Source of the DNA: Chitinophaga pinensis
GTDB taxonomy: Bacteria; Bacteroidota; Bacteroidia; Chitinophagales; CAIOSU01
NCBI GenBank assembly: GCA_945901065.1
Contig: CAMDKI010000006.1
Coordinates: 88,876 to 152,875, forward strand
DNA length: 64,000 nt
Direction of reading: 5' to 3'
The notes under the pieces: model-generated
Told to the model about the DNA's origin: nothing
Databases searched by the model: none
Seen by the model: the letters and a program-made list of their open reading frames with translations, nothing else
Shown here: piece by piece, positions 56,980 through 64,000 of the stretch
Layout of the letters: each line of letters starts with the position of its first letter
Position numbering within the stretch: the first letter of the stretch is position 1
Made by a program: the position numbers and the translations under genes

Positions 56980-57888
56980 ATGGGAAAGTTTCTAGGCATT
57001 TTTTGGCTGTTGATTATATCCGTTAGCGCACAAGCCCAAGAATTGAACTGCAAAGTTCAAGTGGTGGCCTCTAAAATTACCACCACCGACCCTAAAGTAT
57101 TTAAAAACCTAGAGACCACCATCTACGAGTTTTTAAACAACCGAAAATGGACCGGAGATAACTTCAAACCTGAAGAGCGCATTGATTGTAGCTTGATCAT
57201 AAACATTACCGAAGACTTAGGAGGTAACAACTATAAGGCTACTGCTAATATTGCACTTTCTCGAACGGCCTACAGCACAAGCTACAACTCACCTTTGTTG
57301 AACTACGCCGATGGTAACTTCAATTTTACCTTTGCCGAATTTGAGCCTGTGCAGTTCAACGATAATGTATTTAACAGCAACCTAGCTTCGCTATTGGCTT
57401 ACTGGTCGTATATATTAATCGGTATGGACTATGATACCTATTCGCCAAAAGGGGGTACGCCATATTTCAACAAAGCGCTCACTATACTCAACAATGTACC
57501 CCAAAGCCTTGCCGGCGACCAAGGTACCGGTTGGAAACCATTTGACGGAAACCGAAACCGCAGTATTCTATTGGATGAGATATTGAAACCGAGGTTGGAA
57601 GTGATACGTGAAGTGGCTTACGAATACCACCGCAAAGGCATTGATGTAATGTTCGAAAACGCCAACGGTGGCCGTGCGACCATTTTGGCTGCCTTGAAAA
57701 AAATGGAACGCCTGGCCGAAAGCGACCCAAACTCAATGGTCTTGCAACTGTTTTTCGACGCAAAACGTGCCGAGCTTATCAGCATGTTTACCAAAGCCCC
57801 TCCAGCAGAGCGCAACGATGCCTACAACGTATTGGTAAAACTAGATGGCAAGAAAACCGAAATGTACAACCAAATGAAGAAAGGGTAG
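56980..57888 (+). CDS. DUF4835-family protein. I believe some annotations call this family T9SS-associated PorD, but I am not certain.
   Basis: It has a signal peptide, is 302 aa, and sits in the conserved position after coaBC. Confidence 0.7.
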   Translation: MGKFLGIFWLLIISVSAQAQELNCKVQVVASKITTTDPKVFKNLETTIYEFLNNRKWTGDNFKPEERIDCSLIINITEDLGGNNYKATANIALSRTAYSTSYNSPLLNYADGNFNFTFAEFEPVQFNDNVFNSNLASLLAYWSYILIGMDYDTYSPKGGTPYFNKALTILNNVPQSLAGDQGTGWKPFDGNRNRSILLDEILKPRLEVIREVAYEYHRKGIDVMFENANGGRATILAALKKMERLAESDPNSMVLQLFFDAKRAELISMFTKAPPAERNDAYNVLVKLDGKKTEMYNQMKKG

Positions 57889-57890
57889 TT

Positions 57891-57981
57891 AATTTGAAAA
57901 TTACCCAATTTGGAAATTTAAAAATGAAATAACTGCTGCACTAATCATTTTCAAGTTAGCACATTTCCAAATTTTCAGATT
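57891..57981. repeat. REP-like intergenic element (copy H). Left arm 57891-57926, 19-nt loop, right arm 57946-57981.
   Basis: Left arm aatttgaaaattacccaatttggaaatttaaaaatg. Right arm cattttcaagttagcacatttccaaattttcagatt. About 26 of 36 positions are complementary by hand count. It lies between convergent genes. Confidence 0.85.
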
Positions 57982-59327
57982 TAGTTTGTCAACCGCTTGG
58001 TTAGTAAGGTAAACCTTACAAAGAAAGCTACTCCTGCCAAGGTGAGCCCAGTTAAATACCCATACCATATACCCGGTGGGCCAAAACCCAATACAAAGGC
58101 AAAAATGTAACTGCTTGGTAATGCTATAACCCAGTAACATACAAATGCCATCCACATGGGTTTCTCCACATCGCCTAGGCCACGCAGGCACGATATACCC
58201 ACCATTTGCAACCCATCGCTCAACTGAAACAAAGCAGCTACCACCAACAGCCCTGAGGCTATGGCAGCCACCTCAGTGTCATTCTCGTTAATAAAGTAGG
58301 TGGGCAGTACATCCCTAAAAACGGCAAAGCCAATGGCGGTGAAGCCCATAAACACCAACACCAACCTAAAAGCCGCGTAACCTGCCTTGCGTAGTTGTCC
58401 ATATTGTTGCTGCCCTTTAAGATTACTAAGTATAATAGTAGCAGCAGTACCTATACCGCTGGCCGCCAAAAATGTGGTGGCTGCCAATGTAATGGCTATC
58501 TGGTGTGCCGATTGGGGCACTTTACCCAACCAACCCATCATGATAGCACCGAGTGCAAAGGTGGCTACCTCCATAAAAAACTGCAATCCGATGGGTAAAC
58601 CAACCCTGCCCAACTCACTAAGTACTGCCCAATCTGGTTTAAACTTGGAGAAACCCTGAAAATAGAAGCGCAACTCGGTATGCCAATACATATACAGCGC
58701 TAGGCCAACGAACATAAATATGCGGGCAATTAAAGTGGCCAAACCTGCCCCTTCAGCTCCCATTGGCTCTATGCCCCAAGCACCAAAAATGAATACATAA
58801 TTGAGGCCAACGTTGAGTAAGTTGCCCAACAAGCTTACCAACATTGGCGGAACGGTTTTGCCCATGCCCTCTAAAAACTGCTTTAAACCAGAAAAGGCCA
58901 TTACCGGAAGCGTCGAGCAGGCAATGTAAAAATAAAAAGGGGCAGCAACCTTTACCACATCGGCCTCTTGCCCCATGTAAGGCATTAAAGGAATCAAGGC
59001 CAAGTTGAGTACTGTAAGCAGTGCACCCACCAAAACATAAAACAACAAACCCTGCTGTAACAAACTGCGACACTTGGTAAGGTTGTTGCTGCCATAGGCT
59101 TGACCAACCATAGTAGTTATACCCAAGCTAAGCCCAATGCCGAAAATAAACAGGAACATAAACACGTTGGTAGCAAACGCCACACCCGCCAACTCGGTTT
59201 TGCCCAACTGGCCTACCATAGCAGTATCGGCCATACCCGTCATCATATGGCCCACCTGCCCCAAGCTGATAGGAACGGCCAACAAAATGAGCTTTTTGTA
59301 ATAATTTCTGCTTTCGGCGGAGAACAT
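57981..59327 (-). CDS. MATE family efflux transporter
   Basis: A 448-aa protein with 12 TM segments. The N-terminus (YKKLILLAVPISLGQVGHMM) is typical of NorM/DinF-like MATE proteins. Confidence 0.9.
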   Translation of the reverse strand: MFSAESRNYYKKLILLAVPISLGQVGHMMTGMADTAMVGQLGKTELAGVAFATNVFMFLFIFGIGLSLGITTMVGQAYGSNNLTKCRSLLQQGLLFYVLVGALLTVLNLALIPLMPYMGQEADVVKVAAPFYFYIACSTLPVMAFSGLKQFLEGMGKTVPPMLVSLLGNLLNVGLNYVFIFGAWGIEPMGAEGAGLATLIARIFMFVGLALYMYWHTELRFYFQGFSKFKPDWAVLSELGRVGLPIGLQFFMEVATFALGAIMMGWLGKVPQSAHQIAITLAATTFLAASGIGTAATIILSNLKGQQQYGQLRKAGYAAFRLVLVFMGFTAIGFAVFRDVLPTYFINENDTEVAAIASGLLVVAALFQLSDGLQMVGISCLRGLGDVEKPMWMAFVCYWVIALPSSYIFAFVLGFGPPGIWYGYLTGLTLAGVAFFVRFTLLTKRLTN

Positions 59328-59483
59328 AGGTATAGGTAGTCGTTGATAAATTTAAATGGGTTGCCAACGGCAAAAACAAATTTTTCTGGCGGGCAAAGTT
59401 ATTACTTTCATGCGGGATTAAACCACCCAAAGCCCAAGACTTAAATAAACCACAATGTTGCAAGCAGATTGGACGCCGCAAGA

Positions 59484-59557
59484 ACCCTCGTTTTAAACGA
59501 GACAAGCAATCGACCACCCGAGTTTTGTCGTCCAGAAAGTGAGGTTTGGTGAGGGTT
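59484..59557. repeat. 74-nt direct repeat, copy 1
   Basis: accctcgttttaaacgagacaagcaatcgaccacccgagttttgtcgtccagaaagtgaggtttggtgagggtt. The ends ACCCTC and GAGGGT are complementary. An internal 15-nt palindrome CTCGTTTTAAACGAG lies at 59487-59501. Confidence 0.9.
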
Positions 59558-59566
59558 GTAAAAGGA

Positions 59567-59598
59567 TGTACAAAGTACAATGTACAAAGTACGATGTG
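59567..59598. repeat. Heptamer array (GTACAAA GTACAAT GTACAAA GTACGAT) between the two 74-nt repeats
   Basis: Read directly from the sequence. Confidence 0.85.
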
Positions 59599-59627
59599 TT
59601 TAAATGACTATGGACTATCGAATTTAG

Positions 59628-59701
59628 ACCCTCGTTTTAAACGAGACAAGCAATCGACCAACGGAGTTTTGTCGTCCACGAAGTGAGGTTTGGTGCGGGT
59701 T
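59628..59701. repeat. 74-nt direct repeat, copy 2 (69 of 74 positions identical to copy 1)
   Basis: accctcgttttaaacgagacaagcaatcgaccaacggagttttgtcgtccacgaagtgaggtttggtgcgggtt. The period is 144 nt. Confidence 0.9.
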
Positions 59702-59811
59702 TCAGAAAGCCAGTTTGCAGCCGAATACTAAATAAGCAATTACCTGAATATCAATCAATTAAATTTTAATTATACTGTTTAGCTATTTGGTAAACAAACT
59801 ATTATCTTCTG

Positions 59812-60018
59812 ATGCGAGCTTTACGTATTATGTGCTGGATTGAAAATCCAGAGCTCGGGCATTCGGATGAGAACACCCGAAAGGGCGGGGGTGAAAATCT
59901 GTCGGAGCAGTACCGAGAAGACCTTGAAGGTTTCAAGAAAGACCTTACCCAAGCCACTGCTAATTTTATGGCTTTGAGAAAGCAATCTAAATTGTCTGAA
60001 AAGCGCAAACGCGCTTAA
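59812..60018 (+). CDS. Doubtful small ORF (68 aa), which may instead be a non-coding or structured region
   Basis: It is the only ORF of at least 60 aa in a 750-bp gap with a protein-like composition (NLSEQYREDLEGFKKDLTQATANFMALRKQSKLSEKRKRA). However, its 3' end overlaps a hairpin (60001-16) beside the lon terminator and it contains several hairpins. Confidence 0.25.
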   Translation: MRALRIMCWIENPELGHSDENTRKGGGENLSEQYREDLEGFKKDLTQATANFMALRKQSKLSEKRKRA

Positions 60019-60059
60019 CAAAAAAACACCCCGCTACGTATCCAAAACATAACGGGGTG
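60019..60059 (-). terminator. Rho-independent terminator of lon (minus strand)
   Basis: Stem caccccg (60027-60033) with cggggtg (60053-60059), extendable with mismatches. On the minus strand it is followed by a T-run, which is the A-run at 60019-60026 on the plus strand. A second small hairpin, aagcgc/gcgctt, lies at 60001-60016. Confidence 0.75.
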
Positions 60060-60082
60060 CTTATAATATATCAGCAAAAAGC

Positions 60083-62494
60083 TTACTTCAACTGCTGCGT
60101 CACCTGTGGCTCTAGCGCCAGCTCCAGCACCTCTTCCATTTTTTCCACATAATGGAAAGTCAAGCCTTCCAAGTACTCGGCAGGTATTTCGGCAATGTCG
60201 CGCAGGTTGGTTTTGCAAAGGATAATTTCTTTTAGACCAGAACGCTTAGCGGCCAAAATCTTCTCTTTAATACCTCCCACTGGCAATACCTTTCCGCGAA
60301 GGGTTATCTCGCCCGTCATAGCCACATACGGCTTAATGGCCCTGCCCGTAAAAGCAGAGGTAAGCGCAGTAAGCATGGTTATGCCCGCCGATGGACCATC
60401 TTTCGGGATAGCACCTTCAGGCACGTGTATGTGCACGTTCCAGGTAGTGAAATCTTCCACATCAACCCCTAGGGCGTTGGCATGGGCGTGTATATAGCTC
60501 AGGGCCGTGGTAGCACTTTCTTTCATCACATCGCCCAAGTTGCCAGTAAGGGTAAGTACGCCCTTGCCTTTACTCAAGCTGGCCTCAATAAAGAGGATGT
60601 CGCCACCCACCGAAGTCCACGCTAGGCCGATAGCCACGCCTGCAGGCTGCTTCTCGGTAAATATGTCGCGGTCGAACCGCTCGGCACCTAGTATTTTGTG
60701 CAACTGGTCTTTGGTAATGTTTACGTTGTATTCCTCTTTCATTACCACATGTTTGGCCACATGGCGCATGATGCCCGCCAATTGACGATCCAAATCACGC
60801 ACCCCAGCTTCGCGGGTATATTTATCGATAATGGCCTCCAACACTTTATCGCTAATCTTCACCTGATTGGCTTTTATGCCGTGGTCGGTGCGGGTTTTGG
60901 GTATCAGGTGGCGCTTGGCTATCTCTATCTTCTCCTCTACGCTATAGCCGCCCAATTGTATAATCTCCATACGGTCGCGCAGGGCAGGTTGTATGGTGCT
61001 TAGGCTATTGGCAGTGGCTATAAACAGCACTTTGCTTAGGTCATATTCCAGCTCTAGGTAGTTGTCATAAAAGGCATTGTTTTGCTCCGGGTCAAGCACC
61101 TCAAGCAATGCGCTCGATGGGTCGCCACGGAAATCGGTACCTACCTTATCCACCTCATCCAGTATAAACACAGGGTTGCCGGTCTTCACTTTTTTGATGC
61201 TCTGTATCACCCTACCTGGCATGGCGCCAATGTACGTTTTACGGTGGCCGCGTATCTCGCTCTCATCGTGCAGTCCGCCCAAGCTCATGCGTACATATTT
61301 GCGGTTAAGCGATTGCGCAATGCTGCGACCCAACGAGGTTTTACCAACCCCCGGAGGGCCCACGAAACATAGAATCGGCGATTTCATGTCGCCCTTCAGT
61401 TTCAATACGGCCAAGTACTCCAGTATACGGTCTTTAATCTTATCTAGCCCGTAGTGGTCTTTATCCAAAATCTTGCGGGCCTTAGTTAGGTCAAAGTTGT
61501 CTTTGGTATAATCTTCCCAAGGTAACTCAAGCAACAAATCAAGATAATTAAGGCTCACCGAATACTCAGCAGCGGCAGCGTTCATACGCTCCAATTTCTC
61601 CAACTCTTTGGTAAAGGTATCACTAGCGGCTTTGCTCCACTTTTTGTTGCGGGCCTTGTCTTTCAGACGTTTGATATCGGGGTTAAACTCATCAGAACCC
61701 AACTCTTCTTGTATGGTTTTGAGCTGCTGGTGCAGGAAATAATCCTTTTGCTGCTTCTCAATATCAGACTTTACTTTAGTATGGATGCGGTTTCGCAACT
61801 CAAGCATTTGCAGCTCTTTATTGAGGTGCGTTAGCACCATTTGCGCGCGCTTAAACAAATCGTTCTCCTCCAATATGGCTTGCTTATCGGGCAACTCGTT
61901 GTTGAGGTTAGAGGAGATAAAATGCATCAAAAAGGTAGGGCTCTCAATGTTCTTAAGCACTATGGATGCCTCTGAAGGAATGTTGGGCGCCAAGCGGATA
62001 ATCTCGCCAGCCAACTCTTTAATGTTGGCTACAGTGGCATTAAACTCCTCTAGGTTGCTGGGCTGCTCTTCATTTATATACTCAACCTTAGCACGTATGT
62101 AAGGGTCTTCTTTAGTAAACTCTTTTATCTGAAAACGCTGCTTGCCTTGTATAATAACGGTATTGCTGCCGTCGGGCATTTTTAGCAGTTTCACAATACG
62201 GGCCAAAGTGCCAATTTGACTTAGGTCCTTAGTCTCGGGGTCTTCAACGCGCGCATCGCGCTGCGCCACCACACCAATTATCTTGTCAGCCTTGTATGCT
62301 TCTTTCACGGCTTTCAACGACTTATCCCTACCCACCGTGATGGGTATAACCACGCCCGGATAGAGCACCGTGTTGCGCAGTGGCAGTATAGGCAAGCTTT
62401 CTTTATAGGTTTCCTTTTTGTTATCGTCTTCCTCTTCTATCGACATCATTGGTAAAAATTCCACCTCATCATCTCCAAATGGTAAATTGAACAT
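60083..62494 (-). CDS. lon: ATP-dependent Lon protease
   Basis: LON N-terminal domain, Walker A GPPGVGKTS, and the proteolytic domain with PKDGPSAGITM (catalytic Ser); 803 aa. Confidence 0.96.
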   Translation of the reverse strand: MFNLPFGDDEVEFLPMMSIEEEDDNKKETYKESLPILPLRNTVLYPGVVIPITVGRDKSLKAVKEAYKADKIIGVVAQRDARVEDPETKDLSQIGTLARIVKLLKMPDGSNTVIIQGKQRFQIKEFTKEDPYIRAKVEYINEEQPSNLEEFNATVANIKELAGEIIRLAPNIPSEASIVLKNIESPTFLMHFISSNLNNELPDKQAILEENDLFKRAQMVLTHLNKELQMLELRNRIHTKVKSDIEKQQKDYFLHQQLKTIQEELGSDEFNPDIKRLKDKARNKKWSKAASDTFTKELEKLERMNAAAAEYSVSLNYLDLLLELPWEDYTKDNFDLTKARKILDKDHYGLDKIKDRILEYLAVLKLKGDMKSPILCFVGPPGVGKTSLGRSIAQSLNRKYVRMSLGGLHDESEIRGHRKTYIGAMPGRVIQSIKKVKTGNPVFILDEVDKVGTDFRGDPSSALLEVLDPEQNNAFYDNYLELEYDLSKVLFIATANSLSTIQPALRDRMEIIQLGGYSVEEKIEIAKRHLIPKTRTDHGIKANQVKISDKVLEAIIDKYTREAGVRDLDRQLAGIMRHVAKHVVMKEEYNVNITKDQLHKILGAERFDRDIFTEKQPAGVAIGLAWTSVGGDILFIEASLSKGKGVLTLTGNLGDVMKESATTALSYIHAHANALGVDVEDFTTWNVHIHVPEGAIPKDGPSAGITMLTALTSAFTGRAIKPYVAMTGEITLRGKVLPVGGIKEKILAAKRSGLKEIILCKTNLRDIAEIPAEYLEGLTFHYVEKMEEVLELALEPQVTQQLK

Positions 62495-62695
62495 CTTCTA
62501 ACCTCATGGTTTGTAGACACCCAGCACAAGGCTAGCAATAGCAGTGTGGCAAATGCCGCATTAAAAATTAATCTGCGCAAGGAACCTCAATGCAGACGAA
62601 CGAACAAATTAATAATTGTTTCGCTGTTTTCAGTCAACTTGTCACGCAAGCGCATTAAAAGGGTAGTATTCAAGTATTGTGCCAAGGCATTTTTT

Positions 62696-62730
62696 GATTT
62701 ACGATTTACGAGGTACGATTTACGATTTCC
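62696..62730. repeat. Solo heptamer array (TTTACGA TTTACGA GGTACGA TTTACGA TTTCC)
   Basis: Read directly from the sequence. It lies in the 450-bp non-coding region upstream of lon. Confidence 0.85.
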
Positions 62731-62947
62731 TAAAATTATACTATCCATCTTCGCGAAAACCAATGCTGAAACTCACACTCCAATAAATCCTAACGGTTTG
62801 TACTTCACTCAGGGATGGGCCATATCCTAAAAGTATTTATCCGCTCTGAGGTTAGCCACAATACGTAAACGCCCCAATGGGGCTTAATACTAATACCCGG
62901 GGGCATCGCCCTCGGCACAAAATGCGAGTTTTACATGCTTAATAGAT

Positions 62948-63571
62948 CTACTTGTAATCCAATATACTCAACTGCTCATCGCAGAAGCTATATTCTTCAG
63001 GACGGTTAGAACTTACAATAACGAGACGACTTAGGCGGTGCTGAACCAAAAGATTAAGGTACCAGTTAAGGCCTGCATCATCGAGGTTGGTAGCAGGCTC
63101 ATCAAGCAATAAAATTGGGGTATCGGATAATATACTAAGGGCGAGCTTCACACGCTGTTTCATGCCCGAAGAAAAATTTCTCACTTGTCGGTCGGCATGG
63201 TGCGAAAGCCCTGTTAGTGCCAATATGTCATTTTCGTGCAAATTTTGGCGGAAGGGCTTAAACTGCTTATGGAAACGAATATGCTCCATCAGGGTCATTT
63301 CCTCTACCAACTGAATATACGGACCAGAATAACTCACTTGGCGAAAGATATTTTCGACAGGGATATTCTTATTGTCAAAGGAATATGAGATAGTGCCGAC
63401 AGATGGCGAAACTGCCCCCGAAATGAGCTGCATCAGCGTACTTTTGCCCGAACCGTTTGGGCCCAGTATAGCATATGCCTTGCCGCTGGTGAAGGTAAAA
63501 GTGAGGTCTTTAATAACCCACTCGTGCTCAAAGCGTTTTCGTACCTTATCGAGCTTAACTATCATTGCCAC
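62948..63571 (-). CDS. ABC transporter ATP-binding protein
   Basis: Walker A GPNGSGKST, signature FSSGMKQR and Walker B LLLDEP; 207 aa. It overlaps the lpxA end by 17 nt. It could be the ATPase partner of the distant CcmB, but this is unproven. Confidence 0.85.
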   Translation of the reverse strand: MAMIVKLDKVRKRFEHEWVIKDLTFTFTSGKAYAILGPNGSGKSTLMQLISGAVSPSVGTISYSFDNKNIPVENIFRQVSYSGPYIQLVEEMTLMEHIRFHKQFKPFRQNLHENDILALTGLSHHADRQVRNFSSGMKQRVKLALSILSDTPILLLDEPATNLDDAGLNWYLNLLVQHRLSRLVIVSSNRPEEYSFCDEQLSILDYK

Positions 63572-64000
63572 TACGCTGACGGAATCCTTTCATAATACCA
63601 CGCACCGAATCGCGAATGAAACTGATAATATGGTCGCGCTCGGGAGTGGCAGGCACTTGTGCTTCAATAATGTTAAGGGCAATACTCACGTTGCTGTGCT
63701 GCACAAACAATATGCGATAAATATCGAGGATGTGGTTAATCTGCTCGGTACTGTAGCCGCGGCGGCGCAAACCTACAGAGTTAACACCCACGTAGCTTAG
63801 CGGGAAACGACCAGCCTTTACATAAGGCGGTATATCTTTACCTACCAATGCACCACCGGATAAGAATGCATGAGCACCGATTTTTACAAACTGATGAATG
63901 GCGCTCATGCCACCAATAATAGCATAATCGTCAATCTCAATATGGCCAGCAAGGTTTACACAATTGGCTAGTACCACATTGTTGCCAATGTAGCAGTCGT
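63555..64000 (-). CDS. lpxA: Acyl-ACP--UDP-N-acetylglucosamine O-acyltransferase; the N-terminal part lies off the window
   Basis: The frame stays open to base 64000 (…DCYIGNNVVLANCVNLAGHIEIDDYAIIGG…), showing hexapeptide repeats and an LpxA-type C-terminal helical domain. Confidence 0.88.
   Translation of the reverse strand, partial: DCYIGNNVVLANCVNLAGHIEIDDYAIIGGMSAIHQFVKIGAHAFLSGGALVGKDIPPYVKAGRFPLSYVGVNSVGLRRRGYSTEQINHILDIYRILFVQHSNVSIALNIIEAQVPATPERDHIISFIRDSVRGIMKGFRQRSGNDS

Noticed and set aside
59128-59580. A 150-aa minus-strand ORF
   Set aside because: It overlaps the 5' end of the MATE gene in another frame and runs through the 74-nt repeat. Its sequence is Arg/Gly/Cys-rich nonsense.
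59484-59701. The 74-nt repeats as a CRISPR array, tRNA genes, or a DGR template/variable repeat pair
   Set aside because: There are only two copies, the units are 74 nt (CRISPR repeats are about 28-48 nt), and no cas genes are present. No cloverleaf, T-loop (GTTCRANYC) or acceptor/CCA geometry could be drawn on either strand. The five mismatches are c>a, c>g, g>c, a>g and a>c, which is not the adenine-specific pattern of DGR mutagenesis, and no reverse transcriptase is nearby.
62546-62830. A 94-aa plus-strand ORF upstream of lon
   Set aside because: Its composition is highly basic and low-complexity (RKEPQCRRTNKLIIVSLFSVNLSRKRIKR). It spans a heptamer repeat array and has no supporting signals. 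I treat it as non-coding.

Overview
This is a chromosomal, mostly housekeeping segment of a Bacteroidota genome. The assignment rests on four type-IX-secretion (T9SS) C-terminal sorting domains, a short Bacteroidetes-type primary sigma factor, bamD-rpoZ-coaBC-DUF4835 synteny and a b558-type sdhCAB operon. About 55 protein-coding genes fill roughly 90% of the window. They include era, der, pyrB/pyrR/pyrE, lepA, dnaB, a glutamate dehydrogenase, ccmB/ccmC/ccmD-like genes, tag, sdhCAB, ribE, hisF/hisIE, rpoD, dapA, lon and a partial lpxA. I saw no rRNA, tRNA, CRISPR array, transposase, integrase, phage genes or recognisable defence system, and I cannot point to a new protein-based system here. The unexplained structure is non-coding. 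(1) A REP-like family of intergenic elements consists of two inverted arms of TTTYCAAATT boxes. There are 7 complete copies and several half copies, and one sits inside the sdhA-sdhB junction. (2) A second class has the same architecture but its arms are tandem heptamers (NNTACGA / GTTGCGR / GTCTTRT / GTACAAW). (3) Two 74-nt direct repeats with internal palindromes flank a heptamer array in the 750-bp non-coding gap between a MATE transporter gene and lon. On the protein side, the notable item is an 1151-aa T9SS cargo whose PNGase F-like fold appears to be split by an insertion of about 520 aa that contains a LamG domain. All functional names come from my reading of the translated ORFs, with motifs recalled from memory. 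No database search was run.
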